Shown here piece by piece: positions 33,622-41,529 of a DNA stretch of 43,947 bases. Made by a program: the position numbers and the translations under genes. Every line of letters starts with the position of its first letter. Positions within the stretch are counted from its first letter, which is position 1. Source of the stretch: Escherichia phage vB_EcoS_fFiEco03; the sequence record NC_073315.1; one strand, given 5' to 3'. The notes under the pieces were generated by a model. The model was not told the DNA's origin. It worked only from the letters and a program-made list of their open reading frames with translations, and ran no database searches.

Positions 33622-33630
33622 TGGTACTAT
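33622..33630 (+). promoter_or_regulatory. Extended -10 promoter (TGgTACTAT) for the Cro-like gene
   Basis: TG-N-TACTAT with a poor -35; overlaps the second ACTATTCACAT(A/G)TCAA repeat. Confidence 0.45.
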
Positions 33631-33661
33631 TCACATATCAACTGACTAAGGAGTAATTGAC

Positions 33662-33877
33662 ATGCAACCATCTGAACTAGGTATCCGTGTAGAGCAACGC
33701 CGCAAAGAACTCGGCATCTCCCAGCGCCGTCTGGCTGTCCTGGCGGGCGTTTCCCAGGGCGCGATTAACCAGCTGGCACTTGGGGCAACTCAGGACGTCC
33801 GCCCGGCGACGCTGTTTAAACTGGCGGAAGTGCTGCAAGTAGACGCTAAGTGGCTGGCGTTCGGTGAAGGGGCTTAA
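33662..33877 (+). CDS. XRE-family HTH transcriptional regulator (Cro/CI-type)
   Basis: 71 aa; HTH ISQRRLAVLAGVSQGAINQLALG; AAGGAG RBS; monocistronic between its promoter and a terminator. Confidence 0.8.
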   Translation: MQPSELGIRVEQRRKELGISQRRLAVLAGVSQGAINQLALGATQDVRPATLFKLAEVLQVDAKWLAFGEGA

Positions 33878-33893
33878 CGCCCCTTTCTTTTTA
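33867..33893 (+). terminator. Intrinsic terminator after the Cro-like gene
   Basis: GGGGC-TTAAC-GCCCC followed by TTTCTTTTT; the stop codon lies in the loop. Confidence 0.65.
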
Positions 33894-33894
33894 C

Positions 33895-36162
33895 CTATTC
33901 CAAATCTTCCTCCGTCACCACCAGCATCTCATTAGGTTCGTATATTGTCTTCGGAATCTTGTTATCCGTTATCCTGGTGTTCAGCCTGTAACGGCCGGGT
34001 ATTATCTGATTGTTTTCGTCAGTACCCGGAACAAGATACCCGGCCTCAACCATTTTCTTAATCTTCCCGCGTTCTATGGCTTCTTTGGAGTTAAACGCCT
34101 TCGCGTTGGGGTCGGACTGCGCTAGCTTATTTGCCGCTGCTACCGTGATGCCCTCGTTGCCGTTGTAGGTTCCTTCTGCCAGTTCGAACGCGGCCAGTAT
34201 CGTGGCTTCCGAACTGTTGACGGCGCTCTCTACGGTTTTACGTACATTTTCTTTACCTTCCTTTGTCAGCCCTTCTTCCCGCTCTTTCTCCTCGTCAGTT
34301 TTGAACGGCTCGAAACCCCACGGCATTAACACAAGCGCTTTGTGCGGCTCCGGCAGGTCCAGGTTTACGATTGTGCCGTATTCCTCTGTGTTACCCAGGA
34401 ACTCAACCGCACGGTATTCTTTCGGCGGCGGCGCTTCACGGAACTGTACAGACTCCAGCACCATACCAACCGTCTTCTGTTGAGGTCCGTGCTTAAATTT
34501 AGAGTGGTATACATTTATCTGACGGTCGGTTGCGCGTTCAATTGTCAGTTCCACATCGACGCCTGCGTACAGCGCGCCACTGCCACGGGCTTTCTTTCCA
34601 CCCTTCGGGGTATGGTGGACGACGCCTACCGCGGCTTTAGTTGTGTCGCGTACTTCTTTCATGATTGCGATAACTTTACCCATACCGATTGCCGTTGATG
34701 AACTGTTCTCGTCGAACTTATCGATCGTCAGGGCCAGCGTCTGGTTGAGGGTGTCAAACGCAACCATGCCAATAGGTTCATCCCCCGCAGTTTCACGCAT
34801 CAACTTAATCAGGTTTTTCAGTTTGCCGACTTCACCCATGTCGATGACATGTACATAATCTTTACCTTCTTCGCCGTATTTAGCCGCGAGTGCATCGATA
34901 CGTGTACGTGTAGCCGCACCACCTTCACCATCAATATAGAAGTGATGGCAACGCTGGGTATCCGCCCCGGCAAACCGGTATCTGGAGGCACTCAGGTACA
35001 TCATACCCAGTGTATAGAACGATTTATACGTGCCGGATTCCCCGACAATATCCCAGATGCAATCCGACGGCATGTACCCTTCAACGACGAAATCAGCCTT
35101 TACCGGTTCCGGTAGCTCATCCTCTTCTGAGTCCTCGTCGTCTTCCAGGTCGTCCAGGCTGCATGAAACTGATTCACGCGCACCCCAACCGATGGCCTCT
35201 GCGACTTCACTAAATGGCAGCCCGGTCGCGTCGCACGCATACTTCCACACCTCTTTTGGCGACATGCCTTCGGTTGCCGTAATGTCGGTGTCGTGAATCA
35301 TGGTTACGTTCGGCGCTTCGTACCCTTCACGCGGGAAGCACAGCAGGAAGTCATCCGGACGCGGCGTCGGGTCGCTGTAGTTTTCTGCGTGTTCTGGCGT
35401 AGCTGGCATTTTCAGGCCGCGCGGTGTCATGATACCGCCGTACTCGAATGCCAGTGCTTCAAACGCATCAGTAAACGCGGTGCGCAGTTCTTCCGGTATC
35501 TGGTAATCCGATGCGCTGCTCACCTCATAATCCGGGATGCCTTCCAGCAGACGGTCAGGGTCAATAAGGTCATTGCGGCGTGACCAGACGACCTCTGAGT
35601 TAACCGGCGGCAGGTACATAGGCTGGGACAGAGTGAACCCGCTGTGGTCGGCGCCCATGCCTTTGAAGAAGTGCTCCAGCAATCCATGACGGACGCGGAT
35701 GATGTCACCACCTTCAACCGGACGAGCCAGCGGCATGACGACACGAAAGCGCGGCGACTCATCAATATGTGACGCCGTGGTATAGAGGCACATGGCTTTA
35801 CGGCTGCGCTTAACCCGGCGCACCGCTTCCTGGTACTCTTCCGGCGTTGCGCTGTCGAAGTCCAGATACGCCAGCGACGATTTGCTTACAGACGCGTCAC
35901 AGCGATAAAAGAAGCCTTTACGGGCCTGCTTAAAGTCACCTGTTTCCGGGTCTTTTACGGTGCTGTGTATAGAATCGCACGCGGCAGTGATATAACCTGG
36001 CGCGGTCTTAGGGTTAATCCCGTCACGAACAGCATCAAGCGGCTGAATTAACTCTTTCAGGTCATCCAGTGTTGCCGTATGTGTGGTTCTGACGTTTATA
36101 TCCTTTTTCTCCGCCCGCGCGTTGCGACGAGACCACGAGTAGGATAAAATTACATCGGACAT
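33895..36162 (-). CDS. Primase-helicase (N-terminal primase-like region plus C-terminal RecA-like ATPase)
   Basis: 755 aa; Walker A GESGTYKS in the C-terminal half; AAGGA RBS. Confidence 0.7.
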   Translation of the reverse strand: MSDVILSYSWSRRNARAEKKDINVRTTHTATLDDLKELIQPLDAVRDGINPKTAPGYITAACDSIHSTVKDPETGDFKQARKGFFYRCDASVSKSSLAYLDFDSATPEEYQEAVRRVKRSRKAMCLYTTASHIDESPRFRVVMPLARPVEGGDIIRVRHGLLEHFFKGMGADHSGFTLSQPMYLPPVNSEVVWSRRNDLIDPDRLLEGIPDYEVSSASDYQIPEELRTAFTDAFEALAFEYGGIMTPRGLKMPATPEHAENYSDPTPRPDDFLLCFPREGYEAPNVTMIHDTDITATEGMSPKEVWKYACDATGLPFSEVAEAIGWGARESVSCSLDDLEDDEDSEEDELPEPVKADFVVEGYMPSDCIWDIVGESGTYKSFYTLGMMYLSASRYRFAGADTQRCHHFYIDGEGGAATRTRIDALAAKYGEEGKDYVHVIDMGEVGKLKNLIKLMRETAGDEPIGMVAFDTLNQTLALTIDKFDENSSSTAIGMGKVIAIMKEVRDTTKAAVGVVHHTPKGGKKARGSGALYAGVDVELTIERATDRQINVYHSKFKHGPQQKTVGMVLESVQFREAPPPKEYRAVEFLGNTEEYGTIVNLDLPEPHKALVLMPWGFEPFKTDEEKEREEGLTKEGKENVRKTVESAVNSSEATILAAFELAEGTYNGNEGITVAAANKLAQSDPNAKAFNSKEAIERGKIKKMVEAGYLVPGTDENNQIIPGRYRLNTRITDNKIPKTIYEPNEMLVVTEEDLE

Positions 36163-36220
36163 GTTGTATTTCCTTCAGCAAGTAATTTAGCCTCGGCGTT
36201 CACCGCGTCGGGGCTTTCTT

Positions 36221-36511
36221 TTATCTTTTAGCCAGACATTCCATCAAATGCTCGTACTTACGGTAATAATCTACGACAATCTCATCACCGAAATACTGAT
36301 ACACGTACGCTAAGTGGTCAGAGACATCGATGGAAGCCGACATTGTGCTGAGGCTTCTTAGACTAATCAACTGCAATTCTTCTGTAACGCAAAACGGCGA
36401 ATATGAGTCCAGTTTACAGGAAACGTTAAAACACAACGCGTATTCACCTTGCACTAAATAAACCATATAAGCATTGTCGTTCTCTTTATCGTGGAAAATT
36501 ACACCTTTCAT
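36221..36511 (-). CDS. Hypothetical protein, 96 aa
   Basis: ATGA-coupled to the upstream HTH gene; AT-rich. Confidence 0.45.
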   Translation of the reverse strand: MKGVIFHDKENDNAYMVYLVQGEYALCFNVSCKLDSYSPFCVTEELQLISLRSLSTMSASIDVSDHLAYVYQYFGDEIVVDYYRKYEHLMECLAKR

Positions 36512-36690
36512 TTCACGTTCTCCTTAATCCACGCTTCAACTTTATTGCGGTCGAATGTCCCTGGTAAACGGCGGCCCATAACCTTAATACAGCAATCCGG
36601 GAATTTGCCACTGCGCAACCAGTTATTAATTGTCTGACGTGTCACCCCGATACGTTCAGCTACTTCATTCTGGGTCATGTAATGCTGCAT
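36508..36690 (-). CDS. AlpA/Xis-like HTH DNA-binding protein
   Basis: Start at ATG 36690 with AGGAG RBS; MTQNEVAERIGVTRQTINNWLRSGKFP resembles the AlpA/excisionase HTH family. Confidence 0.55.
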   Translation of the reverse strand: MQHYMTQNEVAERIGVTRQTINNWLRSGKFPDCCIKVMGRRLPGTFDRNKVEAWIKENVK

Positions 36691-36721
36691 TTTTATATCT
36701 CCTGTTTGTTTAGTGGAACCG

Positions 36722-36750
36722 AGTATAGGATAGCGGGAATGTAAAAGCAA
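36722..36750 (-). promoter_or_regulatory. Sigma70-like promoter (TTGCTT-N17-TATACT) for the AlpA-like/primase operon
   Basis: On the - strand: TTGCTT, 17-nt spacer, TATACT; divergent from the 36798 promoter. Confidence 0.5.
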
Positions 36751-36797
36751 CCAAAACTGAACACAAAGTTACTAAGATGCAAAAGATGCTACTGGTA

Positions 36798-36826
36798 TTG
36801 ACTTTTACTTAAAAATATGCTAAGCT
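36798..36826 (+). promoter_or_regulatory. Sigma70-like promoter, class III (TTGACT-N17-TAAGCT, extended -10 TG)
   Basis: Near-identical to 4992..5020 (spacer differs at 2 positions). Confidence 0.6.
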
Positions 36827-36831
36827 TCACT

Positions 36832-36941
36832 GAGCTTGTGAGATATCGCAAGCGACCGCGGAGCGGCAGGGAACGCAACGCGTGCCATTAGGCACTTGAG
36901 TGTAGTTCCGCTGGCGCTTTCGGAAGGGCCAAAGTCTATTG
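36832..36941 (+). ncRNA. Promoter-proximal conserved structured RNA element, copy B
   Basis: Starts at predicted +1; alignable to 5027..5134 with one indel; hairpins GCTTGTG/CGCAAGC and GTGCC-ATTA-GGCAC correspond to GCTTGT/ACAAGC and GGAC-GTAA-GTCC in copy A. Confidence 0.45.
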
Positions 36942-37106
36942 TTAATCCCGCCTAAATACCCAAGTCACTGATAATTAAAAGTTTATATAGTTGCCGTAAG
37001 CAAGGTAGAGAGTACTTCACTCCGCTGGGGTGGGCTAACGCCCACCCACTGCGTTGCGTACTCTTTTAAGAAACGAAAGAATCACAACGGCAACGTAACT
37101 ATTCTC

Positions 37107-37135
37107 TTGCACACCCCAATATAATAGGATACTAT
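37107..37135 (+). promoter_or_regulatory. Sigma70-like promoter, class I (TTGCAC-N17-TACTAT)
   Basis: TTGCAC, spacer ACCCCAATATAATAGGA, TACTAT; followed by a conserved AACGAGA..GGAG leader. Confidence 0.6.
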
Positions 37136-37168
37136 TCACTTATCTAAACGAGACAGAGGAGTAGGGTT

Positions 37169-37360
37169 ATGTATAAGAAGGGGCAGTTGGCGACGACGAA
37201 ACGCGGTGGGCAGTACGTAATAGTGTTGCAGGACGAGAACGAGTATGACGAGGATAATATAGTCGAAGTATGGGGCCTGGTAAGAAAGAAACCCGGGTTC
37301 GCCTTACGCGATAATCTGGAATTAATTGGCAACAATTTTAAATTCAAAGGGGTGAAGTGA
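37169..37360 (+). CDS. Hypothetical early protein, 63 aa
   Basis: ORF with GAGGAG RBS downstream of the 37107 promoter. Confidence 0.5.
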   Translation: MYKKGQLATTKRGGQYVIVLQDENEYDEDNIVEVWGLVRKKPGFALRDNLELIGNNFKFKGVK

Positions 37361-37563
37361 TGGAAGAATTATTTGAAGAACTGAAACACCATAGATTAAT
37401 AGAAGTTAATTTCACAATTAAACGATACGCGATTGTCACACTTGATGATGAAGAAATTTCAACATCATCACCGGAGATGCTGGTTAAACTCCTGCGCTCC
37501 TTACGAACGGCATCGAATCATGATGCCCGTGCCGACGACTCTGAGGGAGGTTGCCGTGAATGA
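37357..37563 (+). CDS. Hypothetical protein, 68 aa
   Basis: Start/stop-overlapping ORF. Confidence 0.45.
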   Translation: MMEELFEELKHHRLIEVNFTIKRYAIVTLDDEEISTSSPEMLVKLLRSLRTASNHDARADDSEGGCRE

Positions 37564-37835
37564 ATAACACTGAGCTGAAAACAGTAGCGGAATATAACCA
37601 TAAAATACGGGTCATGCGTCGGGGTGCCGGGCTGGAGCAGTTTTATAACATGTGGCGCACTGCGACGCGCGACCCCGAGTTTCTTAGTACCGGGTATTAT
37701 TTCAATAAAGGCATTATCCCGATTCGTGCCCGCAAGGATTACGGTTGGGTGCGCGAGACACCTAATCTTATGTGGTGCTGGTATTGTGGTGAGTTCTGGG
37801 TGCACGTTAAAGAGAAGATGGTGAGTTATGAATAA
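37560..37835 (+). CDS. Hypothetical protein, 91 aa
   Basis: ATGA-coupled ORF. Confidence 0.45.
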   Translation: MNNTELKTVAEYNHKIRVMRRGAGLEQFYNMWRTATRDPEFLSTGYYFNKGIIPIRARKDYGWVRETPNLMWCWYCGEFWVHVKEKMVSYE

Positions 37836-37895
37836 TTACCCGTTTATTTTAATCGTCAGCGCCGTTTATGAGGCGCACGCGTTGTGGGGGCTGGT

Positions 37896-38087
37896 ATGAG
37901 AATTCGAATAACAAAGGTAAACAGTTTTCAACCCGCACCCTATGACGACCATCCGCTCTACCATTTCGGCGTGGCTGTCGGTGATGTGTTCGAGGTTGTG
38001 GAAGCGCATGGGTACGGGTTTATAGTCGAAACTGATGATGGACCGCTATTCATTAGACGCAGTGAGTGCGAAGTTCTGGAGGACTAA
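37896..38087 (+). CDS. Hypothetical protein, 63 aa
   Basis: ATG 37896 preferred over the GTG at 37884. Confidence 0.45.
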   Translation: MRIRITKVNSFQPAPYDDHPLYHFGVAVGDVFEVVEAHGYGFIVETDDGPLFIRRSECEVLED

Positions 38088-38090
38088 TTT

Positions 38091-38234
38091 ATGAGAGAAG
38101 CATTTGAACGGTGGGCCGTCGTCGAGGGTCTGCCGGTTAACAAGGGTTCAAAGAAAGAGTACCTGAACGTTAAGACGCGTCTCGCGTGGCGGGCGTGGAA
38201 AGCTGGTGTGTTGTCTGTTGCGAATCCGAGGTGA
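38091..38234 (+). CDS. Micro-ORF: 47-aa protein
   Basis: ATG with GGAGGA RBS; MREAFERWAVVEGLPVNKGSKKEYLNVKTRLAWRAWKAGVLSVANPR. Confidence 0.4.
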   Translation: MREAFERWAVVEGLPVNKGSKKEYLNVKTRLAWRAWKAGVLSVANPR

Positions 38235-38237
38235 GAT

Positions 38238-38429
38238 ATGGGTAAGTGGATTAAGTGTAGTGAGCGGATGCCGGAAAAGCTTGATGATGTGCTGGTTACT
38301 GATGGCGAGCATGTCGAGGTTAAATGGTGGAACGGTCGTATTTGGGATTGTTGGGCACCGCGTAACTCAGATATTAGTTACAAAGATGTAACTCACTGGA
38401 TGCCGTTACCCGAGCCGCCGGAAGTGTGA
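38238..38429 (+). CDS. DUF551-like protein
   Basis: 63 aa ending in VTHWMPLPEPPEV, recalled as the DUF551 signature. Confidence 0.5.
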   Translation: MGKWIKCSERMPEKLDDVLVTDGEHVEVKWWNGRIWDCWAPRNSDISYKDVTHWMPLPEPPEV

Positions 38430-38472
38430 TGTTATATTGTAACAATAGTTTGGGATTTTACTGAGTGACTTA

Positions 38473-38508
38473 CGCTGCTACACAGCAGCGTATCATTTTT
38501 CTCATTTT
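38473..38508 (+). terminator. Intrinsic terminator
   Basis: CGCTGCT-ACAC-AGCAGCG followed by TATCATTTTTCTCATTTTT. Confidence 0.65.
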
Positions 38509-38585
38509 TGTTCTATTTCACCAAACGCAACAATCGAAGCGACTATTGCAGGAGATGCAACAATACAAACACCAATAAAATTTAC

Positions 38586-38614
38586 TTGCACACTGGGATA
38601 GAATAGGCTACTAT
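38586..38614 (+). promoter_or_regulatory. Sigma70-like promoter, class I (TTGCAC-N17-TACTAT)
   Basis: TTGCAC, spacer ACTGGGATAGAATAGGC, TACTAT; conserved AACGAGAGGAG leader. Confidence 0.6.
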
Positions 38615-38635
38615 TCATTTACACAAACGAGAGGA

Positions 38636-38662
38636 GAGACGGAATATGAGTAACAAAAACGA
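38636..38662 (+). repeat. 27-nt direct repeat, copy 1 (RBS plus first 6 codons; copy 2 at 38821..38847)
   Basis: GAGACGgaATATGAGTAACAAAAACGA versus GAGACGtaTTATGAGTAACAAAAACGA (25 of 27 identical). Confidence 0.7.
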
Positions 38663-38834
38663 GCATTTGATTAAAGTTACCCCAGTATGGTCGGCGTGGG
38701 TTATTGCCTCTGATGGGAAGCACGTACCAAAATTCGTGTTCACTGATGAGAAAGTTGCGCGTGAGTGGCTTCGCGCCGGCAAGAAAGGTGAACGCGGCAT
38801 CATGAAGGTTGGGCTTGTAGGAGACGTATTATGA
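38646..38834 (+). CDS. Hypothetical protein, 62 aa (N-terminus MSNKNE)
   Basis: ORF with GAGGAG RBS; flanked by the 27-nt direct repeats. Confidence 0.5.
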   Translation: MSNKNEHLIKVTPVWSAWVIASDGKHVPKFVFTDEKVAREWLRAGKKGERGIMKVGLVGDVL

Positions 38835-38847
38835 GTAACAAAAACGA
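38821..38847 (+). repeat. 27-nt direct repeat, copy 2
   Basis: See 38636..38662. Confidence 0.7.
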
Positions 38848-39481
38848 AGTATTCGAGTACCTGATTGACCAGTTACGGCGGCAGCTACCGGTCGTAGATG
38901 TTATGGGTGAGATTGAACGGTGGAGTATCGACCGTAGTATCGCGGGTCGCGGTAACTATACCGACGAGGAAAACGCCATAATCGATGCTTACATCGGCCT
39001 GGAGCACAACCCGTACAAGCAACAGTGCGAAGGCCTGGCCCATGAAGTGCTGTCACTTAAGAATCAGTTACGTGATGCGTCGGCGCTGGTGGCTGAGTTA
39101 CAGAAAGAACTTGATATCGCCAATAGCACCGTCGTTCGTTTGCGTAAAGAGATAGCTAAGTCTACCGGTGACATTGGAGAATACATCGATGCCATGGAGC
39201 AATCCGGTTGCTGCAAAGAAGATACTCAGTACAACGCCTGGAGGCCTCATTACGGTGCACGACAACCTGTGCCGGATGGGACTATGGTATTTATCCGGTA
39301 TCGCAACGGGGAGGAGCCGAAACACAGTGTAGCAGCAGAAAAGCGGTCGTGGATTTGGGATGGAACATACGCAGACATAGTGGAATACAAGATTGACACA
39401 CAGGAATGCGAGCACAATTGGTTATATAGTAAACACAAAAGTGGCTTCGTTTGCTTTAATTGCGGAGCGCGTAAGCCATGA
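38831..39481 (+). CDS. Hypothetical protein, 216 aa (N-terminus MSNKNE, Cys-rich C-terminus)
   Basis: ATGA-coupled; C-terminal C...C..C pattern (ECEHNW...FVCFNCG). Confidence 0.5.
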   Translation: MSNKNEVFEYLIDQLRRQLPVVDVMGEIERWSIDRSIAGRGNYTDEENAIIDAYIGLEHNPYKQQCEGLAHEVLSLKNQLRDASALVAELQKELDIANSTVVRLRKEIAKSTGDIGEYIDAMEQSGCCKEDTQYNAWRPHYGARQPVPDGTMVFIRYRNGEEPKHSVAAEKRSWIWDGTYADIVEYKIDTQECEHNWLYSKHKSGFVCFNCGARKP

Positions 39482-39681
39482 CCAGCATCTTATTTATCTG
39501 GGTATTGTCCGCAGGCCAGATGCAACTAGCGGCATCAGAAACGTTTTATTCGATGGAGGCGTGCCAGTCAGCGGCACGCGCCGCAGAGAACGCGCACTTC
39601 CTGTTCCAGGGCGACAAGCCCAACGATTCAGAGGTACGCGCTATCTGCTCACCTAAGCGACTTGGTAAACAGGAGAAGTGA
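39478..39681 (+). CDS. Hypothetical exported or membrane protein, 67 aa
   Basis: Hydrophobic N-terminus (ILFIWVLSAGQMQLAA). Confidence 0.45.
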   Translation: MTSILFIWVLSAGQMQLAASETFYSMEACQSAARAAENAHFLFQGDKPNDSEVRAICSPKRLGKQEK

Positions 39682-39866
39682 TTATGGTACAGAGATATAG
39701 CTACAACCCGATGTTCGGGTTTACTCCTGATGTTGAAGGCGGGTTAGTGCTTTACGAAGATTACGCAAAACTCGAAGCCGAGTTACAGAAATACAAAGAC
39801 CAGTTCCCGGATTACGTCGAGTGCGCGAACTGTGGGTCAGTTACACATGTGGAAGGGGTGGAGTGA
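39678..39866 (+). CDS. Hypothetical protein, 62 aa (MVQRY family, paralog 1)
   Basis: Shares MVQRY...Y.KLEA.L with the next gene. Confidence 0.45.
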   Translation: MIMVQRYSYNPMFGFTPDVEGGLVLYEDYAKLEAELQKYKDQFPDYVECANCGSVTHVEGVE

Positions 39867-40060
39867 TGGTACAGAGGTATGAGGTGGAAAAATGGGGCCT
39901 GCCAGAGCCTGAGATGGCTGAGTACGCATACGGCGATTATGTAGAATACGACGCTTATCTTAAACTGGAAGCAAAGTTACGTGAATTCGCTGAACAGGTA
40001 ATGTACGAACCTTGTTCGAAAGTTACAGAAGAAATGGCCCGCGAGATTCTCGGAATATGA
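39866..40060 (+). CDS. Hypothetical protein, 64 aa (MVQRY family, paralog 2)
   Basis: ATG overlaps the upstream stop (GTGATG). Confidence 0.45.
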   Translation: MVQRYEVEKWGLPEPEMAEYAYGDYVEYDAYLKLEAKLREFAEQVMYEPCSKVTEEMAREILGI

Positions 40061-40350
40061 GCCTTGCAACTGACATCCTGAAACGAAGCGGCCTTGCGCC
40101 GCTGTCACCGAGAACGAACACCCGAATATACAAGCGCCGCCGTAACGCGCTGTACCCTGAGATTCAAGCCAGACGCAAAGCAGTCCGCGCCTGCGGATTC
40201 CAGAACGGGAAGGCCGTTAACCTGGGTGAGTTTAAAACACAGGAACGCGCAGCAATCGCTAATCGGTTATTTAATTACTGGAAATCGCTGGGGTACGATG
40301 ATATTCCGACGAAACCGCAGAGACGACAATACATCTGGAGACACAAATAA
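40057..40350 (+). CDS. Basic AP2-like DNA-binding protein (putative regulator)
   Basis: Start at ATG 40057 (ATGA-coupled); AP2-like core NGKAVNLGEFKTQERAAIANRLF; Arg/Lys-rich. Confidence 0.4.
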   Translation: MSLATDILKRSGLAPLSPRTNTRIYKRRRNALYPEIQARRKAVRACGFQNGKAVNLGEFKTQERAAIANRLFNYWKSLGYDDIPTKPQRRQYIWRHK

Positions 40351-40425
40351 ACCGTTATTAGGATAATTCCTACTCGTGGTATCCTCCAGTTACTGCATAC
40401 TTAATACGCACCTGGAGGATTCATC

Positions 40426-40734
40426 TTGGATAAATTTACTGAAACAGTGACTGGCTGGCTTCTGGCTGCCGCACTCGCCGGAGGAGTCATCGGACTACGA
40501 CAACATAAGTCCGTTATTTCTGGCCCTATCGACGGCTTCTGCTTTATTGCAACTGGCTTCACTTGCGCCGTATTTGGTGCACCTCTCGCCGCCCAATGGT
40601 TCGGTATCACCGGCGAGCGCGAGATAGCTGGCCTCGGATTCATTATCGCTATTCTCTGGATGCCCATCTATTCCCGCCTCTCCGGTATCGTCGCCGGAGA
40701 ATACATCGCACGTCGAGGAGGCCCGGATGAATGA
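40426..40734 (+). CDS. Holin (3 predicted TM segments)
   Basis: TTG start with GGAGG RBS; three hydrophobic segments; first gene of the holin-holin-endolysin cluster. Confidence 0.55.
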   Translation: MDKFTETVTGWLLAAALAGGVIGLRQHKSVISGPIDGFCFIATGFTCAVFGAPLAAQWFGITGEREIAGLGFIIAILWMPIYSRLSGIVAGEYIARRGGPDE

Positions 40735-40999
40735 GTTATTCTGGTTCGGTGGTATGCTGGCAATCGGGGGTACATCGCTGTTTAATGTGTATCATCCCAG
40801 CGTGGACGACGGGCTGTTCGGCCGGGTGCTCTATATCCTGACCACCATCGTTTGCGCCGCCGGATGTATCCACCTGTTACAGGGCAGCATGTCACCTACA
40901 CTGCCTGAGACATTAATCACATTAGTTGCGCTGCGCCAGATTCGTCAGGCGTGGCTGTCATATGGGGGATATAAGCGTGTCTCGAAACATCTCAGATAA
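40727..40999 (+). CDS. Holin/antiholin-like membrane protein (2 TM)
   Basis: 90 aa with two hydrophobic segments; overlaps both neighbours. Confidence 0.45.
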   Translation: MNELFWFGGMLAIGGTSLFNVYHPSVDDGLFGRVLYILTTIVCAAGCIHLLQGSMSPTLPETLITLVALRQIRQAWLSYGGYKRVSKHLR

Positions 41000-41465
41000 T
41001 GGCTTGCATTTCACCGCCGCGTTCGAGGGATTCCGCGGAACTGCGTATCGTGCTACGCCGAACGAGAAGTACCTGACGATAGGCTACGGCCATTACGGGC
41101 CGGATGTAACCCCAGGTAAGACCATCACACCGGGGCAAGGCCTCCTGCTACTTAATCGTGATATGGCTAAGGCCGTAGCTGCGGTTGACGCCGCAGCGCA
41201 CCATTCGCTTACACAGGCACAGTTCGACGCAGTATGCGACCTGGTGTACAACGCAGGTGCTGGCGTTATTGCGGCTACTACAGGAACCGGTAAGGCTCTG
41301 CGTTCTGGTGATATTGCGACGCTACGGGCTAAACTGGCGCTGTTTATCAACCAGAACGGCAAACCGCTACTCGGCTTGCGTCGCCGTACTGCGGGCCGTC
41401 TGGCCCTGTTCGACGGCAAACCGTGGCAGGAGGCAGAGGCTATCGGGCGCGCGGTGAAAGGTTGA
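40962..41465 (+). CDS. Endolysin (lysozyme, GH24-like)
   Basis: Start at ATG 40962; catalytic region FEGFRGTAYRATPNEKYLTIGYGH matches the phage lysozyme E...D/C...T(I)G(Y)GH pattern. Confidence 0.8.
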   Translation: MGDISVSRNISDNGLHFTAAFEGFRGTAYRATPNEKYLTIGYGHYGPDVTPGKTITPGQGLLLLNRDMAKAVAAVDAAAHHSLTQAQFDAVCDLVYNAGAGVIAATTGTGKALRSGDIATLRAKLALFINQNGKPLLGLRRRTAGRLALFDGKPWQEAEAIGRAVKG

Positions 41466-41529
41466 CACCTGAGACTAATCCGACGATACTTAAATCACCT
41501 CCTGTTCCATCCCTCTGCTCTCCAGTTTT

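Noticed and set aside
34202-35583. Series of + strand ORFs of 67 to 118 aa
   Set aside because: All antisense to the primase-helicase gene; Ser/Arg-rich shadow frames.
33662-36690. Possible lysogeny module (Cro-like plus AlpA/Xis-like HTH genes)
   Set aside because: No integrase, CI-like repressor with peptidase domain, or attP-like features found anywhere in the window; the HTH proteins are more simply transcriptional regulators of a lytic programme.
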